From Octopus sinensis (Eukaryota), in assembly GCF_006345805.1 (NCBI RefSeq), contig NC_043007.1:31124001-31188000 (forward strand): a stretch of 64,000 nucleotides of DNA, written 5' to 3'. The notes beneath the pieces were generated by a model that saw nothing but the letters and a program-made list of their open reading frames with translations, was not told the DNA's origin and did not search any database. Within the stretch, counting starts at the first letter, position 1. Each line of letters begins with the position of its first letter. A program made the position numbers and the translations under genes. Of this stretch, positions 24,739 through 37,505 are shown in pieces.

Positions 24739-25012
24739 AGCAATTGTGTCCTCGATAGTTGAGTCCCAAAATGGATACGTTCCTTGTTTGTATGGAATAT
24801 CATTCCCTTTCGTCTGAGCGTGTCACTGCCATCAAAACTCAAAGATCCCAAAGTGGTGGGAATTCCAAGCTCTAGCAGTGTATATTTTATTACGCTGTTG
24901 ACTTCTGCGTGTCTTAAGTAATCTACCGTTACTGACTTTGCAATGCTTGGTGCCTAAAATTATTTTAGATATGCACCATTCTTCGGAGCTGAGGACATCC
25001 CCGGGGATGTGA
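24739..25012 (-). mobile_element. CRE-clade non-LTR retrotransposon relic, copy 2
   Basis: Frameshifted pieces HCKVSNGRL / RHAEVNSVIKYTLLELGIPTTL / IPYKQGTYPFWDSTIEDTIA cover the CCHC-to-RLE region. Confidence 0.65.
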
Positions 25013-25508
25013 TGGAATATGTTAAGATTTGACCCTTTATCAATGGATGACAAATGAAAAGCACTGATCGTGGAGGTCAGACTGCAAGGGTTCATCTCCC
25101 ATTATATTAATTGTAGATGACATGCAAATCTTTTTCTTCTCTACAAGCAACAGCGTCCTCGGATCTATCTTCTACTCAGGAGGAAACATGTTTGCAAAAG
25201 TCCTTTTTGTGTGTGCATGTTCTCTATTGTCTTGGGATAATGACTCGTGTTACGAGAGATTTTGATTGATTAGAAGAGAAACCATCAACAACAAAAAGGT
25301 CATTATAGATATTGATTCCTGGTAATCATTAAATGCATTATTAAAAATGGAAAGCTTGTTTTAGCTTAATTGCGTTTGAAGCCAAGTTAGATATGAGACC
25401 AGCATGTTGTTACTCGTTATGAAGCTACTGAAAGATTGAGACGATTATCAACGTTGCATTACCGAGGGACCTACCTGTTGAGCTCTATACCAACAGGTTT
25501 AGCTACAT

Positions 25509-25813
25509 CAGGGATTCCCAACCAGGGTCCACAGAAGCTTTAAGGAGGTCCACGAGTGAAAAATTGTAATTTGTGGGTCCAATGTATAAATTTTGTTTAC
25601 TAGGAGAGAAACCTGCGTTTATTGAAATTTATGATATGAATATAACGAAATTTGTTTCATTGTTAGTTTTTACTAACTTACAAATAAATATTTAATTTCA
25701 AAAAATTACATGTGCATATACGGGATCCACAGATGGTAAGATAGCTCTCAAGGGGTCCATAGACTGTAAGATAACTCTCAAGGGGTCCACAAGCAAAATA
25801 AGGTTAACTCCTG
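25509..25813. mobile_element. hAT-type MITE
   Basis: CAGGGATTCCCAACC...AAGGTTAACTCCTG, with imperfect 8-bp flanks agctacat/ggctactt. Confidence 0.6.
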
Positions 25814-27272
25814 GGCTACTTCACCGATGACAAGTGTAAAACTTGTAGCCTCAACTATCGGCTCCTTGTATACCGTATTCAAATCAAATTTTATAGTCCT
25901 AAATGAAAAGGTCAGACACATTAAGTAAGTGAAGGGGATCTAACCAGAACTCAAAGAGGAACCGTAGACAGTCTGCAGAAAATGAAAAGTGCCAATTCCC
26001 TTTTCACTAGTCATTAGTCGTTTCAACTGTTTAAAACATAATTTAGAAAAGATTTTAAAAAAAGAGAGAGAGAGAGCGAGAGAAAAGCGCAGATGTGACT
26101 AAGTTTTGTTCTCCAACCACGATTCCAGGCTTCGGTCCCAGTGCGTGGAACCTTCGGTAGGTCTCCTGGAAAAATGCATTTAAAGAAAAAAAGGATTTTC
26201 GGAATTCCTACGATTTAGATGTCGGAGATTACGAATATGCAAAAAAAAAAAATAATTTTAATTCGTTTGACTAATTCGTTCAAGGCGGTGCTTCTACATG
26301 AAACAAGTAAAAGTCAAACGTTAATAATAAAAGTCACGGCCGGCTGCGTACCTCGAAGCACAAAGTTTGAGAACAGCATCCCCGATGTATCACATATAGG
26401 AAGCCACAGGAATTTTCGTGAGGAAAAAAGTAACGGGGGGTGGGTGTTCATTCCGAAATTCCACCGCAATTACAGTCACAGACGAAATAAAGTTCTCCTT
26501 TAGAAGTTTAATTAAGCATCTTAAACTTTTAGAATTGAATCTATAATTGGATTTTAGTTAAAAGAATTTTTTTTCACTTCCATGAAGATTGTATTAGCTG
26601 GATTAGATCCGATTTAACGGAATTATACGAAATGGATTTCATCTACAGTTAGTTTCTTCATAGCTTAATCTATCGCCAGTAATGTGACAACTACACAAGG
26701 TGACGTGTGTGTGTGCACACACACACACACACACATACATACATAGCCACTCCGCAGGCACATTCCACAAAATGCAATAAACGGCAAATATCCACCCTAC
26801 ATACATACGCACACACACACACATGCATGGTAACATATGTACTTTGAAAAAGAGTTAGAATTATACTTTTTAAACGATCGATCAATCCTCTATAAGGAAA
26901 GAAAAAAGAAAAAGAAATCCATAAGCGAAAAAAATTTTATATAAAGACAACGAATAGAAATAAGATGAAGGAAACAGCCTCCGACCATAAACGGAAAAAT
27001 AGAACAAAGATGAAACGTGTATGAACAACAGATTTCTTAATGACCCTGGGATAACAGGGTTTAATTTAGGAATGACAGGTAAAGCAATTAAGGAAGAAAA
27101 GAATTAAATCGAGCAACTGGTAGGGATTTTGCAGGGGTCATTTGTGATAGAGAGGAAATAAAAGCAGGAACAGCATCCGACTGGCATTGTCTGGGCATCA
27201 AAGAAGATGGAGGAACCATTTGGCGTTTTTTTTATTAAGAGAAATATAATGTAATCAGATATATTTCCTTAC

Positions 27273-27354
27273 CCATTATTGCTTTTCTCCGTGAAGCATG
27301 TGGTTCTTGGGTGTAAGACCACTCAAAATCTGTCCTAGAAACTTTGGCACCCAT
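27273..27354 (-). CDS. DEGS1: Sphingolipid delta-4 desaturase, coding exon 1 ([27 protein letters not shown] + 1 nt)
   Basis: Manual minus-strand translation matches the DEGS N-terminal domain (MGxxVSRxDFEWxYTxxPHAxRRK). Ends at donor G|GTAAGG, phase 1, 82 nt. Too short for the ORF track. Gly2/Ser6 fits an N-myristoylation pattern. Confidence 0.95.
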
Positions 27355-28227
<873 letters not shown>

Positions 28228-28421
28228 TGATTTCTCTACTTTGATTATCTGTTTTCTATCATTCCGAATACGCTTATTATTTTTATTAACTCGACATCGT
28301 TTCTTGCTTACATTGAGTCTTTCCGTCACACTCCCGACCGATAAGCTGCCGTTCGAGAAAGAAAGTCAATAAATCTATGTTGAAAAGGTCATAGCTTCTC
28401 TGTGACGTAAGCCACAAACTG

Positions 28422-28613
28422 GGCCATTTTATGTAGCCGCTCTGTATTCATTTTAAAGGAAGCTGGAGCCTATTTTAAGTCATCTTTGATGAATATTGTC
28501 CGCTAAACACATGTTTGTTTTGATTTTGAAGTCGGCCATCATGATTTCCATGGGCGCCGCCATATTCTGAGAATATGGCGGAAAATATGTTATGGCGGAT
28601 GGCGGCCATTTTT
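28422..28613. promoter_or_regulatory. Cluster of YY1-binding motifs in YY1 intron 1
   Basis: Seven GCCAT/ATGGC cores in about 190 bp, e.g. GGCCATTTT, CGCCGCCATATT, AATATGGCGG, ATGGCGGCCATTTT. Confidence 0.75.
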
Positions 28614-28859
28614 GTGAACACTAACTTGGTCGTCCTTGAAATTCGCAGGGAAATACTCAAGCGAGAACTTGATTAGCGCGATAAATTTCAGTGAGAAATT
28701 TCCATAACAACTTATAGTATAGTTGTATGATATTTAATTTTCGAATCAAGCTTTAAACTGGTCGAATTTCCATGATATGTTGCAGAGTCTCTTCACTATT
28801 GTCTATGTGTTTGTATACGTATGTATGTGTCTGTGTGTTTGTCTGTGTGTGTGTGCTTC

Positions 28860-28923
28860 ATGGCTGCCAGCAAGTGCGCGCTGCTGTGTGAATGTATATT
28901 TCACGATTTTTCACTCGGTCTAG
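28860..28923 (+). CDS. YY1: Candidate YY1 alternative first exon 1b (MAASKCALLCECIFHDFSLGL + 1 nt)
   Basis: ATG to perfect donor TAG|gtaagt in phase 1, compatible with exon 2. Lies in the CpG-containing region downstream of the YY1-site cluster. Confidence 0.45.
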
Positions 28924-29806
28924 GTAAGTTGATCTGTAAATAAAAATTAAACAAACTCTATAATTTTAAACGTTGTTTCGTGTATATAAATCGATTAATG
29001 CTTTCTGAAATAAACGATTGGTTATTATCTGCATTTAAAAAATTTTGTAGCTGCCGTGTAACGAAATAAGTCGGGTGATAAAGACGGGCAGTTTCACTAC
29101 CAGCTTTTGTTGATTTTTAATTTTTATATTATACATCTTCGAAAGGGAAGAAAATACTATTTTCCCTTATCACTCAAATATGAATTGGTTTTGTGTTTAT
29201 GGTAATATAACGCTACAACATTCACTTAAAGAAGAAGATGTGTTAAACCATTTCTTATGGCGTAATTTCTCTCATCGTTTTCTTTTACGTGTCTGGTTTA
29301 TTTTCTACGCTTGTAAAATTATGATGGATTTATTTTGAAATGTTTGTTCCGTCGTATTCTTCGTTCCTTTCTCGATACAAGTAGCTTATTATTGTTATTC
29401 TTGTCCAACCCAAAACAACAATCCTGCTCCTTCATCACTTCCGTAAACGTTAAGATATTGTCATTAAAAATTTAGAGGAAGCGTTCGGATGTTGATGGCT
29501 TTCTCTTTTTTTAATATACCAACGAATCCTGTGCTATAAACTTGTTAAAATCGTTGGTGCATTTAATCTAAAACTATATTCCGTTGCTTTGCACAATACA
29601 ATCTAATTATTCTGCGGGATTCACAAGGGTCAACCTGCTAGAAATAGCAACGAAATCGCCATCAAACCGCAGGACAATGCAGTCCCTTAGACGATGTGTT
29701 TCAAATAAAGATAAAATGATCGTGTCTGGAATGCCTTTGATCGAAGGTTTGCACTCCCTGGGCTAAACAATCACACTATCTTTGGTATACCAAAATATAA
29801 TTTACG

Positions 29807-30043
29807 GGTACTACTTGAGAACAGTGGTCCCGGTGCGCGCACTCGCGTATTCGCGCATCAGCGCTAGCTAGTCGTGACTAGTCGATCCTACAACGACTCC
29901 CTAGCAAAGTAAATAAAACACAAAATAAGTAATTTTTGTTAAAGTAAATGATTTTTAAACGAAGTAAATAACACAAAGGATCGGCTAGTCATGACTAGCT
30001 AGCGCGAGTGCGCGCACCGGGACCACTGTTCTCGAGTAGTACC
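29807..30043. mobile_element. 237-bp TIR element flanked by a perfect 28-bp direct repeat
   Basis: Arms GGTACTACTYGAGAACAGTGG.. at 29807-29888 and 29978-30043. Identical TCTTTGGTATACCAAAATATAATTTACG at 29779-29806 and 30044-30071. Confidence 0.85.
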
Positions 30044-33000
30044 TCTTTGGTATACCAAAATATAATTTACGAATGCCACAGAAGCTCTTTTGGTTTTTAA
30101 AATTAATGATTAACAAAAAAATAAGGTTTACGACAGGTAAATACACGATCTAGCATCCCAAGAAATAATTTTTGTAAATCCTGAAGGCTTATTGTGTACC
30201 CATAAAAATAACCGAAAATATTTGAAAATAGATGAAAGATTTAAAGAAAAATAAAAACCCGGACTGAACGGAGCTTTTTTTATTCATGTGTTTTGATGAT
30301 GGTAAAAATTGCGTTGCTCCATCAGCAAGTTGTGTGTCGAGTGATGCAGTCGGGTCTGGATCGATACGAAAACAATTGTAAATTTGTTTTCATTAACATT
30401 GAGTGTGTGTGTGTGTAAATGGATGTTTTTTCATCGTTTAATTATGTGAAATGTAGCTACACCGAATTCAATAGACCCTTCTGAGTAATTGGCATCTTTT
30501 ATTCCCTTGTTTCAATCATTGGGTTGTGGTCATACTGGGGCACCGCCTTGAAGGGTTTAATAAAACAAATAAACACCAGTAATTGCCGGCGAACGTTTTA
30601 GCCATACATCCACACCTGTAATTTGTCCATTTATTTAATTTATGTGACATTTAAATTAAATATTACTTTCAAGATTCTTTCATAATTTGACTTTTTACTA
30701 TTAGAAATATATGAGCAGTGACTGGTTTATTTTGATTATCTTGATAAAACATTCAAAGCAAAGCTTGTTCAACTGTGGGAATGTTTACTAGTAGTTCTAA
30801 TAGAATATGCTATTTACCTTATAATTTTATCCTCAACATCCATTTCATGTTATTTCTCTGAAAACCTGACAATAGAAGGTAAGTTTCTCTCTAGAGGGAC
30901 GACAATATCAGTTGTTGGGATAACGGTTATTAATTAACTCAGCAAACTCACATTCATCAATTGTCTCTAATCCTGGAAAATTTTGTTGAACGTGCTCTTG
31001 CTGCTTTTAAGATAGGTTAACATGAAAAAAATCTGTTCAGCTTTGGCATTGTTTTGGATTATATTGTTGCAAGGGAGGAATTGTCTTTTATTCAACAATA
31101 CCTTTCTTTCGTCCATATCTACTAAAACTAACATTCGTCAAAAGTCCTACTTCCTTAAGAGCAACTGCCATGCCAAACAAAATCACCACTGTTGGCCTTT
31201 CTAAGTAACACAAGTAGATGCCACTTACTATGTACGATCACTATGGGATGGAACCTTTTAGATAATAATAACCAACCGGTAACATCATGCAATAGTACGG
31301 CTTCCACTCTACAGGGGACATCAAATACATAGTCCTCCTTCATAAGACTTAAAGACAGCAATTCCCACAATGTAGTTCACACAGCACTTAGAAGATATAG
31401 CTACAACCATCATCATCATCGTTTAACGTCTGCTTTCCATGCTAGCATGGGTTGGACGGTTCAACCAGGGTCTGGGAAGCCAGGAGGCTGCACCAGGCTC
31501 CAGTCTTATCTGGCAGTGTTTCTACTGCTAGATGCCCTTCTTAATGCCAACCACTCCGTGAGTGTAGTGGGTGCTTTTTACATGCCACTGGCACAGGGGT
31601 AAAGTAGAGATTAATACTTCTGAGAATTCTATGGCAAAACATGATACAGGAGAAAATTACAAGAAGTATATCATTGATCCACAGTCAAAACATAAGACAT
31701 GTCGGACTATAATATTTGGTAGAATCTAAAATCTAGACTTGAAACGGTCTAAACATTCATCTGCTAGTTTCCCTAAAACATGGAAACCGAAATACTCAAA
31801 ATATAAACTGTTTAGATATTTGAGTGATGTTATTCATAACAAAATTCATTTTAACATCTCAACACAAGCAACGTACTTAAATCCTACTGAAACTTAAAAT
31901 CAATTTCTAACACCTTGACCATTAAAATATCAAGAAAGTATCCCCACACACAGGAGTGGCTGTGTAGTAAGAAGCTTGCAACCATACAGGAGCGCTGCAT
32001 TGAAGGGTTTTAGTTGAACAAATCGACCCCAGGACTTTATTTTTTAAGCTTAGTACTTATTCTGTTGGTCTCTTAGGCCTAACTGCTAAGTTACAGAGAT
32101 GCAAATACACCAACACCAGTTATCAAGTGGTGATGGGCTTCTTTCAGTTTCCATCTACCACATCCAGTCAAGGCTTTGGTTGGCCTGAGGCTATAGTAGA
32201 AGACACTTGTCCAAGGTGCCATGCAGTGGGATTGAACCCAGAACCATGCGGTTGGGAAGCAAGCGTCTTACCACACAGCCACACATATAAAAATGTGTAT
32301 ATATTATGTATGTGTGAGTTGGTGCCTCCTTGGGTTGGCATTTTGTGATAGTTATAAATGAAGCTGTATCCTTTGTTTCCAAGGTTACGTGAAAGCATGT
32401 CCAGCCATGTGGGAAAATTGCCTTACTTGGAAACAGGTGAGGTTTGGCAACAAGAAGGACATCTGACCATTGAAAATCCATGTCAACAAATTCTGTCCAC
32501 TCTAAGCACACATGAAAGTAATTAACTGCTTGCTTTCCAAAATTTGTGGCCTTGTGTCTACTCTAGAAATCATTAATGCAAACAAAATCCTTTTGCGGTA
32601 TTAATATATTCTATAAAAATTGTGTGTATAGTTTATTATCTCCAGCTCGGATTATTTAATAGCTTTTGTTGTCTTTTGAATAGTTTCTCTATTGCCATGT
32701 TCATCAGGTTTGGGTTTATAGCCCTTCAAGTACCTTCTAGGAGGGCAGTAATTCCAAAAAGGATCTGACTTGGATTATGATGATTTGTGCAACTCCTACC
32801 AGCATGGAAAGCAAGTGTAAAATATTTATTATGGTGATGCTGTAAAGGGGTTTAAGTAAAATTACAATGGAAGGTTTCAGGTAGTCTGGGATATTTATGG
32901 TTAAATTACTGGCATACGACATATTTGCTTTTTTTTTTCCATTTTTCTTTCAAAAATGTAACTTCATTATTGTTTCTACTATATATGACAAACCTCTTGC

Positions 33001-34234
33001 ATTTCTCCTGCCAACCTGCATGTTGCCATTGAAAATGGTAAGCTGAAAGTACTGGGGCGCCTGCTTAATGATTTCCCACACCTTTTTTTTTTCTTGAATA
33101 GTCTCAAAAACCCTTGGGGGATGGGGAGAAAAAGACATGATTTGAACTTGAAATGTAGGGAACTGGAACAAATACTGCACGGCAGTCTGTCTCTTCCTGT
33201 AATGATTTTCTCCAAATTGTGTGTGAATATATTAAAAACACACTGACACACAGCATCCGTCTTTCACTTTCCACCTACCAAATGCACTTGCAAATCTTTG
33301 GTGGTTTGTCTGGGGATATATTAGAAGATAACATGACTGGGAAGCAAGCTCTTCACCCACAAAACCATGCATGCACCAAGGATCAAGATGCCTGGCGTTT
33401 TTCCATACTCCGCAGCAGAAGTGTTTAGACTGATCCTTCTGGTGGTGTCACCATGTAAAAGCACCCAGTACACTCTGTAAAGTGGTTGGCATCCAGCTGT
33501 AGAAACGATGCCAAATCAGATTGGTGTCTGGTGCAGCTCCCCAGCCGTACCAATTTTGGTCAAACTGTCCAGTCCATGCCAACATGAACAACGGATATTA
33601 AACGACGATGATATACATAAAACTTGATAATACTTCTGAGTTTTGTTTTTGTTACAAAGGGTATCGTGTTATGTAGCAAGAAATTTGCAGTGAATCAAGG
33701 TGACAGATCATTATGAATTGCTATCTATTGTCATAAGTCTGAGCCTTTGTGTGTTTGCGAGCATTTAGTTTTGATTGTATTAAATATAGCACCTTGCTAT
33801 AAAATGTCTTCTAGGAAATATTTTAAAATTTGTTATTATTTTTGTTGGTGAAGTCGTGTTTATACTTCCTCTTGTCAATATTTTGAACATTTGCAAATGA
33901 AAATATTGTTTGCTTTATTGGATTAGCAAAGCATTTGAACTAGCTAAGAACTACCACTCACTTCCTCTATTGAACAACCTCTCAGGGTGGTAAACTTATG
34001 TTAAATTCAACAATGCAATCTCTCCTTAATTCATTGGGATATCACAGTGGGCCAGTTTTATTTGCTTCTCCTTCTAATTCAGCCTGTACATCTGTCTTCA
34101 ACTCATCGCAATGTAACAATACTGTTCCTCAGTTTTTAAGACACAGCCACATACTAACTCTAACCCCACCCACCTATCAAATTTCTGTCTCACCCAAAAC
34201 AAGCCAAAGAAGTCCTCTGTCACAGTATTCTCTT

Positions 34235-34520
34235 ACATTGAGCGAGGTCATTGCCAGTGCCGCTGGACTGACTCCTGTGCAGGTGGCACGTAAAAAACCC
34301 ATTTTGAGCGTGGCCGTCACCAGTACCGCCAGACTGGCCCTCGTGCTGGTGGCACGTAAAAGGACCCACTACACTCTCTGAGTGGTTGGTGTTAGGAAGG
34401 GCATCCAGCTGTAGAAACTCTGCCAGATCAGATTGGAGCCTGGCGCAGCCATCTGGTTCGCCAGTCCTCAGTCAAATCGTCCAACCCATGCTAGCATGGA
34501 AAGCAGACATTATATGATGA
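34235..34520 (+). mobile_element. SINE-B
   Basis: Family match. Confidence 0.85.
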
Positions 34521-34808
34521 TCTCAGCTTAGACTCACTCGACAGTGGCATCATTCTGTACTTGTTATCTGGTGTTTTGTACCATTGACAGTGTTGAAAGG
34601 ATATTCAGTTTCTGCTGATGTCAAAATCTGGAATGAGTTCTTCATCGGTTCAGTAAGTTGATGTTGTGGTGACACAAACCAGGTCTGACCTCATCAACTT
34701 TAACCACTTGCAGCTCTCCTTACACAAACAAAACTTTTGTCAGCACCACATATATGCAACACAGATGCTAGACATTTGGTAGATGGAAACTGAAAGAAGC
34801 CCATCGTG

Positions 34809-34843
<35 letters not shown>

Positions 34844-35068
34844 TTGTACCCCCAATATCGCTTGACAACTGATGTTGGTGCGTTTATGTCCCCATAACTT
34901 AGCAGTTCGGCAAAAGAGACAAATAGAGTAAGTATTAGGCTTACAAAGACGGAGTTCTGGGATCAGTTTATTTGACTAAAGGCGGTGCTCCAGCATGGCC
35001 GCAGTCAAATGACTGAAACAAATAAAAGAATTGATGTTTAAGATGTAGTGACTTCTTATTCTCTAGAT

Positions 35069-35292
35069 CAGTGGTTCTTGACCTCTTTTTACCAATGGAC
35101 CCCTTTGATCCTTATTTTATTTGGGTGGACCCCGATAACCATTCAATGTTTTAAAAAAAATCCCATTATATTTTCATAGTTAAATATTTGGAATTTTATT
35201 AAAAAAAAATACTGAAAATATTTTGTGTATTGTAGAAGTATATGATCAGTTTAACAGCAAAATCTTCTATGGATTCCAGTTGAGAAGCCTTG
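35069..35292. mobile_element. hAT (Charlie-like) MITE
   Basis: CAGTGGTTCTTGACC...GTTGAGAAGCCTTG, with 8-bp flanks ctctagat/ttctagac (NTCTAGAN target typical of Charlie-type hATs). Confidence 0.65.
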
Positions 35293-35538
35293 TTCTAGAC
35301 CAAGTGGGCCTGATGGGACTGCAGGACACAGCTTTTTCTTAGAAATAAGTACATTAAAAAAAAATGAAGATAATGGCATAATCGCTAAGAGAACATGTAT
35401 GCAACGAATTTGATGTGTCAGATGTTTTTCTTTGAAATGGGAACCCAGAAGTGGGAGGATATTTGCTATTAGTTGAGTAAAGAGATTTAGGATGGAGTTG
35501 GTTTGATTGGCCTAAGTAAGTCACGGTTGAAGATCTGA

Positions 35539-35757
<219 letters not shown>

Positions 35758-37421
35758 TAAGCTATCAATATAGTTGCAATGCTGTTTCTGGCCTTCTGTG
35801 AAAATGTTTGATTTAAGATTTGAATTTTTCAATATTCTATCACTATTCCACCACATCACCTCCCACTAAGTTGTTCATTAGTTGTCAGTTGTTTGGAAAT
35901 TAATGAATTGATAATGTTTACGAGCTGCAAAGTAAATGAATGCTTGTCTTCAAAGCTTTCGAAAGGGAAGATTAATTAAAAAATTGAAAATGTGTCACAG
36001 CATGTAAATATTTATGAATATGCTTTATTTAAAAAAAAATTAAATGCTGATACAAAAGTGATATTTCACAAACTTTTCTAGCCCCAAATCTGTAAACAGA
36101 AATAGTTTTCATGCTTGAAAATTTTATGGCAACTAATGGCTTCTTTATTTCACTTCTGCACAAATCATTTCTCAAATACATTTTTTCCCCCCCCAGAAAA
36201 ACACTTGTAACTATATATATATATATATATATAATGTGCTCTCACACACACAGACATATACACACATAAACTTATAGGAAATGATATTGGTTAGAATAAT
36301 GGCAGGAATTAGAGCCAGCATGCTTTTTTGCATGTTACACCAGGCATTGCTTGTGTGAGATTTTATCCTGATCTTTTCTTATAAAACTTTCGATTATATA
36401 TCTGAAATTATTTTCCACAAGTTTCTTTACTTTACTAAAAATAAATAGAGATGTAGCTGTTTCTATTGGAAGCAGATCACATTTAGCTCTTTTACTGTTG
36501 TATTAATGTCTCCAGTACTGGCATAAACTGATTTTAATTTGAAGGTAACGAAGATGTTTTTGATATCAACTTATTAACACTGTTTAGAAGTGTATATATG
36601 TGTGTGTCAGAAGCCCTTAAGTGATGGTGGTGGTAATAATTTATATTGTATTAAAAATGTAACTGGTGTTATGCAGAAATATTAGTTGGAAAATTATATT
36701 TTGATCAACCAAAATGGTTTAAATAAGTGTTCTTTGTTGTTTTTCTTTGAGATAGTTGAATAATGTTTAAAATTTGTTTTATGTTAAACTGTTGAGGACT
36801 CTTCAAAATGAATTTAGGCTTTTGTTTTAATTAGACAAGGGAATTTTAAATGTTTTTAGTATAATAGTTTTTTTATAGGTATTCATATCAATAACAATAT
36901 AATAAATAACTTTACATCTTTATTTCTTTGACTCATTGACATTATCTATATTAGTTTAATTATCTTTATCACCTTTAGAAATTTACCTGTATAGTTTAGA
37001 TTACAATTGTTCATTGGGTTTTATTTTATATGCCTTCTTTTCTAGACATTAGATTTTGTTATAGATTATTTTTGAAGAATGCTGTAGGGCCCTTTCTAAG
37101 GATAGCATAATTTTTGTCCAAATGACAATACTATTAACTATAAATGCAGCATAATTTTAACAATATGCTTAATCTTTGTGTGATCACCACTGCTTTTTTA
37201 TGCAGCACTAGTGAATATATTTTCTGCTCCTCAAACTTATAGCCATCGCCAGTTAAAATCTAAACACACCTCATTTCATGCATTTCAACTGGTGTTTATT
37301 ACCTCTTTCTGAACACATACAACACTCACACACATATCCTCTCTCTCTGTCTGTCTCTCTCTTTCTTTCTCCTTTCTGTCTGAGGCTGCTTGATAAAGAC
37401 CTTCTCTTTTACTTAATCTAG

Positions 37422-37505
37422 TAACACCTCTACAGTACGTGCGAGGAAAGAAAAACGTGACCTGACCGTTGACCTGGATGGGCTTTACCATTCGCGCCTT
37501 TCTGG
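37422..37505 (+). CDS. YY1: Candidate YY1 cassette exon 2b (NTSTVRARKEKRDLTVDLDGLYHSRLSG)
   Basis: Pyrimidine tract plus tag acceptor and GG|gtaagc donor. 84 nt, phase 2-2, open in the YY1 frame. Six CpGs in CpG-poor flanks. No homology or transcript evidence. Confidence 0.55.

Noticed and set aside
33998-34381. 127-aa ORF
   Set aside because: The 3' third is SINE-B; the rest is possibly a decayed CR1-like fragment but too weak to call.
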